Shown: positions 10,746-23,200, numbered from the stretch's first letter. The stretch is DNA of 64,000 nucleotides from Pomacea canaliculata (GCF_003073045.1 NC_037595.1:8700345-8764344); one strand, 5' to 3'. Notes: generated by a model not told the origin, from the letters alone. Program-made: numbers and translations.

Positions 10746-12590
10746 GAGGTGATCTGCTCTCCTTGATATTGTTTATGTTTTGTTGTCGTGGTTCGATTTG
10801 GATAAAAATGTTGGACCTTCATGTTTACACGTGCTTTATCTGAGTTTTCTTTCTCTTCTGGTTTGCAACAGGATGTTATATAATGTTATTTTAAAGGGCC
10901 AACTGTTTATATCTATTGGCCTGATTCCATTCCGCCCGCTTCACTCGTTTCGGCAGCGACCTTGAGGTACATTGAATAAACTGAAGTGATGATCACCTTT
11001 TTGCAGTTTCATGTGATAACATTTCTTCAAGATTTATAAATAACCTCCAAGTATTTTCCTGATGTTACTAACCTTATTCTCTGGAGTCGTTACCGTAAAA
11101 TCTACAGTTTTCTTGTTCAGCGGAATACGTTCTCCTTTGGCTGAGATTTTGTGGTTTATAAATTAATTCCCACTTATTATTATTATTACCTGCATTATAG
11201 CTAGGAGCTTGTCATCCGTACTGTTCTTAGCTACTACAAATAAAAATCAAGAAACAGTTGCCTTTCTAGCATGCTGTCTTTCGCCCCGAACATTCTAAAC
11301 TGTGAGACTTAACCTTAGTCACACTACACAATCACTAGAAAGATCTAGAACTGCAGCGAGATCTAGCGCGGTTTTTTTCTTAAATGAAAATAAAGTCTGG
11401 CCCCTTCTTCTGATTGGCCACCTGGATCACATGGCTTAATCTCGTATCTAGATCGAGGCTGATGCCCGTCTGCTACGCTCCCTGAAAAAAGATTGTCTTC
11501 TGCTCAGTTAGAACAGCAGTTTGGGGCACATTTATTAATTAGCCTTTGCTGCGTGTGTTTGACGGTGGAGATATTTTTGAGGTGCTGGTAACGGTATAAA
11601 TTTTAAGGATATCAGTTGCCCCGCGTAGCTTTGACAGGTCGTTAGTACACAGGGAGTTAATCCAATCCTCAACACACTCAATACTTCTCTCCCTTTAGTC
11701 GTTTTCGACGTAGCAGATACGGACGACGGTTTGATAAAAGCCAGGTGTTCGTCTGTTTTTGTCTTGTTCCTAAACAGCTTTAAGTGCGAAATAAACATAT
11801 ATTCTAGCGCTTTTCCATAAAATCAGAATCTTGATAATCATCCACTCCCCTGCTCGGCAGAACTTTAGTGGCTACTAACTGTATGAGCAGGTGGTGGGGA
11901 TCAGAAGGGGCACGAAACAGTAGTTTGTGTGAGGAAGGTCGCGGAGGAGCAGTGCTGCTGGATTTGCATTCTGATGGCGTGAAATTGTTAGGGTTTGAAT
12001 GAACTTCCGTTGAGAATTTTGTTTGGAAAACTTTTCTGTTATTAAATCGTCAAAATAAATTTCATCATATTGTGTCCGACCATACATATGCTATTTAGAT
12101 GGACAAAATTTTTCTCAAGAGGCAAAATATCACAAAAGTAGGAGTAATGTTTTTTTTTTAACCCGCTTTTCCAACCAGGAGAAAGATGTATCAAGCTGTT
12201 TTTTCCAGGGTTTTTTTCTTTTCACTGCTGTCTATTTCGCATCTGTATTTTTGCTCCTTTTTTCACAACTTTTATTATATGCAAGCACATGTATAACGTG
12301 ACCACATGTACAGAACAAAGCCAAAGCACAATGTATCACAAATATTTATTTTGTTGTCAGAATATGCACGAAGTTTATCGTCTCTTGAGATCAACAAATT
12401 TTATATTTTGCAAATCCACACTTCCTTCGAGTTTAGAGACAATACCTGGCTCCCCCCTGAAGAGTTTGATTAATTAAAACGCTGTTAATCACTGTATATT
12501 TGAGAAACAAAGTGATAAACTGTTAACAAACATAACCATATTAAATTCAACACAATTATGCAGTTCCAACCTCTCACAAGCAAGACGTTT

Positions 12591-14370
12591 TGAGTTGTGG
12601 GGAATGTGGAAATAACTTTCACTCAGTTTACAATTCAGCTTTCGTTTAGTCTTCCACTCAAAAACACTTGTTGGAATGTTTGAGAAAATAACAAAAGAAA
12701 AATCCAGGTAGGATATGACACCATTGAACTTGACGATACCATCTGGAATGTTCCTTAAAATCAGTCAAAGAGTTTGGTGACATACCTGAAAAAGGTTTTT
12801 AAGCTCTGGAATGGCTTGGGAATATGTACTGAATATTTTACTTTCATAAAACCATAGGAAATAATTAGCGCTAGGGCCACAACGCATTACAAAAAATATC
12901 CAGCCTGTGATAACCACTTCTCGAGATAGGAATATCCTGTGTAACATTAAGTAACAGTAGAGTGCCAAGCATTAGGAATGAAAGAATTCGCCGCAAGTAG
13001 CAACATAAACACACAAGTGTTTCCATTAGATAAAAAAAAACTAATAACATTATTCTGTTCCATCAGTTTCAAATGTCTGACATGAAAGTTAAAGGAATGT
13101 TGATGTAGGGCTTCACAGCAAGCGTCGCTGTCCAAGTGACCCACAGGCCGAGGGAGTAGAATAGAACAGGTTAAAGACGTAAGTGGAATGTGTTCAAACA
13201 GTCGGGTGGGTCAAAGACCAGGGATAAGGTGTCGAACTCTCTTTGAATCTCACATACAATATCTTTTTTTAAAATACTTGATTTCTGAAGAACTTTACAT
13301 TCTGCCGGTAAAAGCTGAATATAAAAGAATGGCTTAAGATCGAGGGCCTTATCATCATATGATGAATTTTACCACTTGGCTGATTATATTTTTGGTCCGG
13401 AGATGGCATAAACTATCACATTTATGCATTCAGTTCTTTAATATTCACCTCGATTATACAACGACAGACACGACTGCATGACAATCTGGCTCAGTTTTTA
13501 GCTTTACAATTTCTGAGAACCAATGGATTATTTTGGAGAGTAAAAAAGAAGCTCTGCTTGTACGCGAAAATCAGGCAACACAACGAAACAACGGTGTAAA
13601 CTAAAACAGGACATTCAGTATGCCAACAGAAAAGGGGAAAAAACAGCTTTAATGTCTATAGCAAAGATGGGAAAATAAATACTCTTGAATGTCGATAGTT
13701 GACTAGCACCTTTGCGTGCCTTGAAGTTTCAACAGAAATTGCTTTCTACCCATATTGGGCAAGGTAGGAACTGTTTGTCAATGCTACCAAAGTCTACTAT
13801 AGCAGTGATTTCTCGTGATGGAAGAACTGTCAGTCGCATTCACAGCACGTGTCTGACCAAACATGGAAGGACAAGCGCGGGTACAAGACACTGATGACGA
13901 GAACGATGTTTGCAGTAAATCAAAAGCGTCGGGTGGCATGGAGGATGGGGCTACTAGCGGAGGCAAGCAAATATCAACACCATGCCTCCCTTTAGAAGCA
14001 ATGTCACGGAACCTTGTCCTCTCCTGTATCACAATTTAACCAGATCTAGTCATGTGACCCGGGAAGCTAAAAGTCTAGTCACAACCTGGACACGGAAGAA
14101 GTAACATGGAACAGGGAAGATGACCATATGACCATAGATTACACTCACAGCTGCTGTCCAGCTGAGACTTGGCATACAGACGGTATAAAATTAAAATAAA
14201 GTCAGAATCCGTGTGATTCTGTGTACAGTTCCAGCTGCTTTGTAAAACTCTTGTTAATCATGAAGAACCTGTACAGAAAAGGATTAAAACAAAGAACAAG
14301 ACAATATTCTGGTTTAAAGGAATAAATATCAGATAATTATAATATATCCATTGTTTGATCACATTTGTAT
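12591..14370. other. 1.8-kb indel specific to duplication unit 2 (insertion relative to unit 1 position ~490)
   Basis: Unit 1 reads caagcaagacgtttgacaatttgcatacaggaaatggcaagtgg continuously. Unit 2 has about 1.78 kb between acgttttgag and tattgacaattcgcttacaggaaatggcaagtgg. Possible TTGA(C) target duplication. No TIR or ORF was recognised. Confidence 0.5.
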
Positions 14371-17300
14371 TGACAATTCGCTTACAGGAAATGGCAAGTG
14401 GAAGAACAGGGTAGGCTTAAATGATAGATAATGATGTTTTGAATAAAGATTTCATTAAGGAAAAATTAATTTCTTTGAAATCCAACATCATGAGTAAAAA
14501 CTTCACAAAATGCTTATCTTTTAAGTCCAACACGACATTTCACTTGCATTTTCATTTAACACTGACTAGACTGAAAATGAGTTTCAGGATGTTGAATGAA
14601 AACATCGAAAACATGGAGAAAAACTAGACAAGAAACGCAGATGGAAGCAGAAAGATAACCAAAGTTCATTCACACCGTCCCTCAGTGATGCCAAACAGAG
14701 AGCAGAAGACTGTGGAAATATTAGTCCTCGTATATCTTACATTTTGTGAAAACATCTACTAACTTCAATGTTTACGATTGAAGTCATTGATTAAATAATG
14801 TCAATGTTCAAACTGTGTTTAAAGATTAACAAATCCTAATAAGAATGAAGTTTTGTGGTATGTGCATCTTCATTGTTAATATAACAATGTCAATCATACC
14901 TCAATCATTGGAATTCTGTAACATAATCTTCAAGCAAAATGACGGCTCAAAAGGACAAAGCATATTCTGTACCGGCGAGAATTTTGACTGACATCACAAT
15001 GAGCCCTTTACGGGCTTGTGAAAGTCAGAGAGAGGTAAAAGACACAAAACCACTACTGTCCATTGACGGAATGCCAATGTGAAGACAGTTGAAATGCCAA
15101 TGCTTATGCAGATACAATGCTATACAAAAAAACTTAGATCTGCGGCCGCCAAAAATCTATTATAAATAATAATTATATTAAACACATTGTAAAGAATTAT
15201 AAATATTAGTGGGAGTTCTGTTGTCAGGCCGTTTGTTGCTCCAAACATTTGCACAACAAAAAGCGAACACCTGGAAGCTCAGACATTTCAAACCGCGCTG
15301 TTCGTTTCTCTTTAACAAGAGAATGACAATCATTCCCCCTAAACATAAGTGACCCAAAATGTTCTTGCTAACACACACACAAACACAGAGAAAATATATT
15401 GCATTGGAGCAAGCACACCGTATTTGGCTCACGGAAAGCATTCGGCACAGATCGTGGACGAACAGCTCCGTCCGATCCCTGCCGACGAACAAAATGCACT
15501 TTAAAGGAAGACCAGTGGCGACGTCCAAAGTCCATAGGAGCCTTAAAGGTTCTCGACTGCAGAGACCCAAGTGTCTGTCTCAAAGCAAGTCAGTAAAATG
15601 TACAATTCGCTGATTCCTTTCAGTTGACTATTTCCTTGTGAGGCGAAATATTCAGAAAATACATCTGTAGACTGGAAGATGTCGGAGCAAATATAATTAT
15701 TATTGTAATAATCAATATTAGCTCATTTTACTTGCTTCTTCAGTAGAAATCGATCTTGGGTTCACTGACTCTCCGCTCGTTGACGATATTTCCTGATCTC
15801 GAAGAAAGACTGTCCACACACATCGCTGGTTTTACGCTGTTAATACTGAATCTCAGCTTTTTCAGGTTAAAGTTTGAGGGCTTCCACAGCAGTTGCCATT
15901 CGGATCTTAAGTTCAGGCATGTAATGATCCCGAATGGTTGTGTCCTTCACCCAGAGTCACAGCGCATGCCATAGTCGTCGAGGCACTCCCTGTAGTGGTG
16001 CAGGAGCGCCCTCTCGGGGCTAAAGGGGCGGGACTCCCAGGGCTCCAGCAGCTGCTTGCTGACGTGGTGTATTCCCACTTCGAACACACGCGAGGCATCA
16101 CCATGACCTTAGTCCTAACCTGGAAAAAAGACACAAAACTTGCAACACACTGGGTTTTTCTTACACACCGACTAATATGTCTACCAGTGTTCATATTGTC
16201 ATTCCAATAATGCCAGACTGCATTAGTGACAATCTGCATTCATCGTCCATTAAACTGATTGTACGGGCACTCACTGAGTGGAAACAAGAGATGCAAAAGC
16301 CTCTTGCATCCGATGCGAGGCGGTTAAAAGAAGACGAGGAAACAATAACAGCAGTAATAATAAAAGACTAATTATTATTTTACAATAATTATTATTATAA
16401 AGCGAACGATTCAAGGAAAATGTTACACGTACTTTGCTAATGGCCTCTGACCTAGCTGTCGAGAAAACGGTCATGAGGTCGTCGGGGAACTGGGTGGCCA
16501 CCCCAGCGTCGAAAAACGCCGACGCGAAGCTGTAGCCACACGTGTCGTTTGGCAGTTCAGGCGGAATGATGTCGGAGTAAATTCTGAAGCATCCAACAAA
16601 TTAAGTCTGACTACATGTGGAAGATTGACTTTACATGGCATCATGGTTGGCAATCCTTCTATCCAGCATTTACACAGACCAAATAGGTATGATTATGTTA
16701 AACTAGTAGTTACACAACCGAATGTTGCTAGTATTAAGTCGTTTATTATTTATTACACAAAAATCAAATAGTTAACATTACATCAAACTGTTAATACACA
16801 CACATTGAGGTGTACCATCCTGAAAACCTTCATGAATTCCTCGGTGGACACAATTTGTTTTACCAAAATGACCCTGACCTTGCATCTTTGGAGTGAGGCA
16901 CGATGAACTCATCGATGTCGTGGAAAGCAGTGTAGACGGACTGCGCCATGGTGCGGTACAGACAGTCGTTGTTGACCACCAGTTGACCATTGTACCAGAT
17001 GTTGCTGGACATCTTCTCCGGCATTCGCCAAGGAATAACCGTAACCCAGCGCTGACGGTGAGAGGAACAAAACGATGGACTGTATACTATTGCTTCATAA
17101 TGTCTTCATACTCAGTTCCATGACTATAATATTCTCTTTGCATCGAATAGAATTTGGTGTTTAACAGTAGTGCGCATTTAGCAGAATGTTATCTTTAGCT
17201 CATTGTTAGCATTGTTGTCATCGGTCATACGAGAACTACTAAACGTAGAGGTCCCTTCTCTTATATTGCTGGTGCCATTCAACTATTATTATTTTGTCGT

Positions 17301-18545
17301 GGGAGAAAATTTATTTCTAGTTATCCATGCGAAGAAATTTGATTGTCTGACAGCAAACAGAAGTTATACAAATCTTACATGAGTTCGGTCGGCCAGCTAG
17401 ACTGACCTGGTCTGGACAGTGTAATTTTAAGTGGTAAGGAAATGGGAAACAAGCTGTGGGTGCAAGGTCTGGAAAGGATTTTGAATATTTTATTCTGAAT
17501 GTTAAAAGCTTGCATTCAAAGTCTTCTATAAATGACAATTTCTTTGTGAATGGAGCTCTCTAGATTCTGTCACTCAGGTGTTATTTAATTTCCGGAATTG
17601 ATCGCTTTCTTTCAGTCCCAGTAACTTTCCTTTTCACAAACATTTAAACCAGCAAGGGAAAAGGACAATGTGATGAAGTAAATGACGAATGCGATGAATT
17701 TTACACTTCAACACACTTCACGGCTGATGTATAGGCAGTGTATTGATCAGACTTCTTGCCCTCCACATATTTGCTGCTCCATCTGACAGAAAGGCGGACA
17801 CGATGACTTCGCAGATGAGAAAGATTTTCCTCGAGAGAGTGTGACGCACAATTCATCCATCCATCAATAAATTCTAGGGAATTATAACACCGAGACTTAC
17901 TATTGCCCTCGTAATGCCTGAGCACCCGTTGCACTACCTCTGAGGTGGAGAAGTCGTAGAAGAAGATCTGCTGAACACCCAGTAGCCGTGTGAGTTCCAG
18001 AAACTCCACAAGTCGCTTGGGGCTCACGGAGCCAAAGAGTGGGGAGACACAGATGCTAAAGTTGTAGGCGAACTTGTCTGTGCTGACCTGGACGGACACC
18101 AACGGGTACAAGCCATGATGAGTAACCTTTTGACGGAGGGGTATCGAGTATCCTCCTCTTTACTGCCGCAAAAGGACGCATTCGATCAGATCGTTAAATA
18201 AAAAAACAATCTTTCCAAAATGATGAGAAAAGCAGTTCTTCTTCCCAGAATGCTTCATAGTATCTGTTGTTTGTGGTTATTTATCTGTCTCTTTCACACA
18301 AAAACATACAGAGGAGTCAATGCTAAGCGAACACAAAAACACAGAAATATGCTACGTCACAGACCTTTTGACCGGAAGTGACTGGTGGCGACACACGTTG
18401 TACAGGAACCGGAACTTGCCTGTCGTTGCTAGACACGTGCGACACCGCCAGCGTGTAGTCCAGGTGGCGCCCCAACGGCACAGAGCAGGAGTAGATGAAG
18501 CCGAGATATGTCTTCTTGTGATTCTCGCACATCTGCAACATCGAT

Positions 18546-18585
18546 GTGAAATGAGTGAGTGGTGAGTGGGTGAGTGGGTGAGTGA
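18546..18585. repeat. (CACTCAC/GTGAGTG)n microsatellite abutting exon 4 acceptor of copy 2
   Basis: gtgagtgagtggtgagtgggtgagtgggtgagtg. The homologous copy 1 position has unique sequence. Confidence 0.8.
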
Positions 18586-18814
18586 AGGAAGTCACAGGTC
18601 TTAATACGTCACTTAATGACGTCTCTCTGATGTCATGGACAAGACTGCGTAACTGAGATTGGCGCGCGCGTCTCGCTTTTGTTGAATACACTTTGAAGAG
18701 TCCATAGTGAAAAAGTATTAAAAAACATTGTGGAGATACTGGGTTGTTATTTTGTTTCGTGCTCGAGAACTCCAATAGACGTACTCACGACAGTAGTGTT
18801 GTCGAAGGAAGTAA

Positions 18815-19090
18815 AACAACCAACCAACCAACCAACCAATCAACCAACCAACCAACCAACCAAACAAACAAACAAAGAAGCAAACAAACAAACAAGCAAG
18901 CAAATCAACAAATAACAAAAACCAAAAAACCCAACAAAAAACAAAAACAAACCCCCCAAAAAAACAAAAACCTAAAAACCCAACAAAACTCCGAGATTTA
19001 AAAAAAATCCCAACAAAAAAAACAAACAAAAATCAAAACCCAAAACAAAAAACAAAACCAAAAACAAAAAAAACAAACAACAAAACTCCG
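18815..19090. repeat. (CCAA)n/(CAAA)n compound microsatellite, ~280 bp, in intron 3 of copy 2 only
   Basis: Direct reading gives ccaaccaaccaacc...caaacaaacaaacaa... It is absent from the homologous copy 1 intron (6237-6546). Confidence 0.9.
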
Positions 19091-19934
19091 AATTAAAAAT
19101 GTTAATCCTGCACGCCCTCTTGCAAGCACGCGCACCTCATACTGTTTAGCCTCGATGATGTAGGTGGCGGTGTTGTCACCGTTGTAGTGGAAGTGGCAGA
19201 GCAGTCGCTGGCTGTTGACATTTCCGTGTATAATCACCATTATACGCACCCACACCTGAAATACCGTAAAAGAAGTCTAATACTAGATATCAATACAATT
19301 TTAGCGTTTGTTTTCCATCGGTTACCTAATGTTGGCCACGGGTAGTGACTTACCTTTGCTTTATTGTCACGGACCCCTTGCAACTTACAGACGACAAGTG
19401 TCTGTTGAATGTATGGGATAATGAACGAGAACATTAGATGGGAAAGTGTTAACTGTGACGGTATCGTGTAAAAACAGATTTCGTAAGGTATCTGTTGTGA
19501 ACTGCCACAAAAGCAGTCAGAATCTTCAGTTCCTTAATGGCTAAGGTAAAAGAAAGGTCGTGCCCTAATTTTTTTTTCTTTGGTCGTTTATTCCTTCATT
19601 CGTCCCTTGACCGGTATCTGTCGTTGCGTGAGCAAATGGATAGACGACAAATAGATGACAAAGCCCGCCACTCATGCCTGTCTGGGGCGATGATTAGTGG
19701 GTCCTGCACACGACGGTCAGTCCACTACTTCACGTTCACCTTTGGCCACCGCGGTCTCGACCTCCCTCCAAAGCATCTTTGGGCTGACCTTAGCGTTTCA
19801 TCATCGAGTACAACGAGAATGTCTTTTTTCATTACTGCCTTTGTGACCTTATTTAAGTGGGGGTGAAATTCCTCATTTCGAGAGTGTAAGTTATAAAGAC
19901 ATGAGTGTAAAGCTGATGAGGGTTTCGAACCCTT

Positions 19935-20110
19935 CACATCCTCGTGTATTGCATCCGCACCATTTTCCAGAGCTTATGGCCCTCGTCGTTTCCACAGTAT
20001 TTACTCCCTTTGACACCAGGTATCGAACCTGCGCGCCTCTCGGTTTGAACGCCAGTGCTCTAACAACTCGGCTATCCCTCTTTAGCACGTTCACAACCCC
20101 ACTCCCCATC
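19935..20110 (-). repeat. tRNA-derived SINE-like element in intron 2 of GT92 copy 2
   Basis: Minus strand reads GGATAGCCGAGTTGTTAGAGCACTGGCGTTCAAACCGAGAGGCGCGCAGGTTCGATACCTGG. This has an A-box-like GCCGAGTTGTTAGAGC and a B-box-like GGTTCGATACC. A second T-arm-like unit GGGTTCGAAACCC lies at 19921-19935. Too degenerate to call a functional tRNA. Confidence 0.5.
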
Positions 20111-20167
20111 TTTAAAGCAAACAAAATTAAGTATCAAAAGAGTCATACACGCAAACACAGCTTGTTC

Positions 20168-20201
20168 TTTGTTTGTTTGTTTGTTTGTTTTTTTTTTTTT
20201 T
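20168..20201. repeat. (TTTG)n + poly-T
   Basis: ctttgtttgtttgtttgtttgttttttttttttttt. Confidence 0.9.
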
Positions 20202-23200
20202 CACCTCCCCCTCACCCGAGTCCCACACAATACCCGACCTCTCACCTCCTCCTGACGGTCGTCGTGGTAGGCGGAGAAGACAGCCAGGCCCTCGCTGACC
20301 CTGATGAGGGTGCTGTTGGTGTAGTCCAGAGCTTCCTCTTCCTCCTCCTTTTTCAAGGCGGACAACACGCCCTGCGGCTGCGACTGGGCTCCAGCGGCGG
20401 CGCTGCTGCTTAGCTCCCTTTGTTGGTGCGGCCCACGCGTCTTGAGAGCGTCGAGCAGGCGGGCGCGCTTCTCACCCAGGGCTCGCTCTGCTAGTGAGAT
20501 CTTCATGTCGAACACCTGCTTCTCCAGCTGCACCATCCCCACCTCTAGTTTTGCAGCCGCTTGTGCACATCCACCGCGCTTCGCAGCTGGATGACAGGTT
20601 TAAAAAAAAAATGGGAAAGGTCATCTCGTGACCTTACGGTTGTTGGGTTATGGTACTGACGCCATTTCTCACAGAGAAAATATTTTTTCGAGGCGACACT
20701 TATCTTGTCTCATTTGGTCATACACTTCCAAACATTTCAAGTTGAGTTTTAGACAAGGTTTTTTTTTGTTGTAAAAATGGAAAGGTAGTCATCGTGACGT
20801 GAGGTTAAGTCATTGTATCAGTGTAAAACATAGATATCAAGGGTAAACGTTTTGTCTCCATAGTTATATCTAGACTACACGGATACCTTCACCCCTGGGG
20901 TTATAGTTTTAAAGCAGTGGTAACGATGCCACATAACATAATGAAAGATCTGTAGGTTTGTGAAAATGCGTCAAATTTTACAAAGACAAGTTTTTTTCCT
21001 AAATTTGTCAACTTTGGCCTCCGATCAACAACTTACCGTTGCTTCATAAATACGACTCCAGATATATCACAGAACAAGGCAGGACGAACGAAAGAACATA
21101 GAACAGAAATGAGGGTCGGATGAAAATCCTTTACCCGGTCTTACCCATCGAATGGTGTCGTTGGCGGCGTCGTCTTCAGCTGGGTCGTTGTCGCGGACCA
21201 TGACGGGGATCTTGCGGTCATCGACGGCGGTGCTGCTGCTGGAGGGGGACAGCGACTGATGGAAGAGCACGAGCACGATGGCGTACACGACGCAGAGGAG
21301 CATGAGGGCCCGCGAGCAACGAGCCATGGCCACGCCGCCCCTGCTCAGAGAAACACCAATAATATTGTCACATGATTGATAGAAGAAACCACACTTCAGC
21401 CAAGTCTACTTTCAAACTGAATCACTGATTGTGGAAAAGAGACCGGCTGTCGGCGATCAGACACACCTGAATGAGCGGTGTCTTGTTGTCCCCATCCATC
21501 ACACCTTGTCGGACAAACTTATCTATTTTTGTGACTCACATCGTGTTTATATATGCTACTATTTCTGTCACTGGTAGTGAATGCACTTTAGGTCGATCAC
21601 TTTTACAACACTTGTTCTCCGACCCCTTCCTTCCCCTGTGAACAGACTGAAATTTGTGACCTTTAACCCTAAATATCTCTTTAACAAATTTGTTTTAAGG
21701 GTACATTTGAATGACTAAATAAATATATATCGCTGTTTATAATTTGTTTTGTTTTATCAATGCCTTGATGTTTCTTCTCGATTCTTTATTTCTATCCAGT
21801 AACCTTTATTTTTAAGAGAGAGACCATCGTAAGCAATAGATTATTTCAAGACATTTTGTTTTAAAAGAATACTTTCTCGCAATGTTTTGAGTAAATCGTT
21901 ATAATAATCGTTTATAATCGACGTTTTCCTCCCGACTCTCACCTTCTGTTACCTTGGTCGAACCTGAAACTACATTTATTGACACTTCATGCCACATGCT
22001 TTTCAAAAACGGCGAAAAAAAAAATTAAAATTAATTTTACGACACCTGACCCACATGAGGGGGTCGAACTTTAAGGCACATGTTTCTATATAAAAAGTGA
22101 TTACAGCAGAATATACTTTTTATAGACATGAAAATATTGCGGTATTTGCTACACTTTGTAAACCTTGTCAGAGAGTTTTAGTCAACCTCACCTGTCCAGG
22201 AGTTATCGACCCTTGTTTTGTCGAAAATCCACCTTTTCGTACTTCCTACGTTTAGGAGATTTTTTTTTTCTAGCATCGGCATACGAACTCCGGCTTTTCC
22301 CCTTTATATCTCCTCCTTTCCCCGGGATGTTCTTTGGAGACTAAAACTGTTATCTTTGTTATCTGCCTATCGTTGCTCCAACTTTCTAGTCCAGCCAGGG
22401 TGACTGTCGCCTCCTGATACCTTTTATCATTAGAGAACCACAGCTGTCGTTTCCAAGGTAACTACGTTAACTTGTGTATCAAGTTTCTATCTCACATCAA
22501 CGTAGTATTCACACCATGTGTGCAACTTCAATATTTAACACTTGACATCAGACGATCATCGATGCAGTAGACCACCACCCCTAGCCTTAAGTCCATTCCT
22601 GATGAAACTTTCCCAACCTACTCTTTCCAGCTTTAGGTGCTCTTCCTTGATGACAAGAGGTAACATGTGAACAATGATGCTTGATGATGTGATAAAGTGC
22701 ACATCATCGGAACAAGCTCTAAGAAATGTACATAAAAAGTGATGAGAAACACAGAGGACATGTAAACATGTGATGCTTGATAATACGATACAGCATGCAT
22801 TTGCGAAATAAAATAGGAAATGTTCTGATCAAAAACAAAACAAAGCGAGGAAAACAGCAAAAGTCATGTTAAGATGATAAGGCTTGATATTGCAGTTTTA
22901 TGAGCTGGTAAAAATGTAACAGCAAATCAACAGAAGAGCCAAGAAAAGTGGAGAAATATTACGAAAGAATCACAAAATAAGACATAAAAAATTCCGAAAT
23001 ATGGGGACAATGTTACAGAAGCATGAAAACAAAGTTACATAAACATGACCTGAGAAATAAGTTACAGGTAGACCCGTGGTACGTCACTGCGAAGGGAGAT
23101 AATAAAAACCTTTCGGGGCCAGCTTGTTGAATGGAGGGGGATGCCACTCCCCTTCTCCACAGAAACAGAAACATAGAAATATTGTACAGCCATCGACTAC

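Larger units (their letters stand above)
1..11000. repeat. Tandem segmental duplication, unit 1 (~12 kb, carries GT92 gene copy 1)
   Basis: Positions 1-770 match 12005-12590 plus 14370-14770. Positions 2800-6700 match 15400-19300 at about 88-90% identity. Exon order and upstream region (10150-10500 vs 23860-24070) are conserved. Unit boundaries are approximate. Confidence 0.8.
15868..21327 (-). pseudogene. GT92 (DUF23) glycosyltransferase copy 2: tandem paralog with frame-disrupting indels (probable pseudogene)
   Basis: Homologous exons lie at about 21145-21327 (MARCSRALMLLCVVYAIVLVLF...), 20246-20588, 19136-19255, 18365-18532, 17901-18126, 16879-17051 (HDIDEF intact), 16433-16583 and 15868-16107. 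Four lesions are seen relative to copy 1. (1) The last exon has two separate 1-bp deletions: cacacggcgagg becomes cacacgcgagg, and cacccaagagtc becomes cacccagagtc. The ORF track reads MVMPRVCSKWEYTTSASSCW..., a +1-frame version of copy 1's MVMPRRVFEVGIHHVSKQLL. (2) A 1-bp insertion lies before the exon 5 donor (GGCAAA|GTAAGT becomes GGCAATA|GTAAGT), shifting the phase into the HDIDEF exon. (3) Exon 2 is 1 nt shorter near its 5' end, giving an in-frame TAG if the homologous acceptor is used. (4) The exon 7 donor GT is changed to GC. Confidence 0.6.

Noticed and set aside
18718-19255. ORFs 18718..19029(-), 18744..19001(+), 18998..19255(-) with repetitive N/Q/K/T or F/C/V composition
   Set aside because: They are translations of the (CCAA/CAAA)n microsatellite in intron 3 of copy 2. 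Only the 19136-19255 portion of the last one is a real exon.
19915-20110. Possible functional tRNA gene
   Set aside because: The A- and B-box-like sequences are present, but the acceptor, D and anticodon stems cannot be paired cleanly. An orthologous degenerate copy lies in the other duplication unit and another fragment is nearby. This is more consistent with a tRNA-derived SINE.
19901-20413. Longest ORF in window (170 aa, plus strand)
   Set aside because: It lies antisense to GT92 copy 2 exon 2 and its GC-rich flanks. Its composition is Pro/Ser/Leu-rich low complexity. The open frame is explained by antisense-of-coding bias. No motif support.
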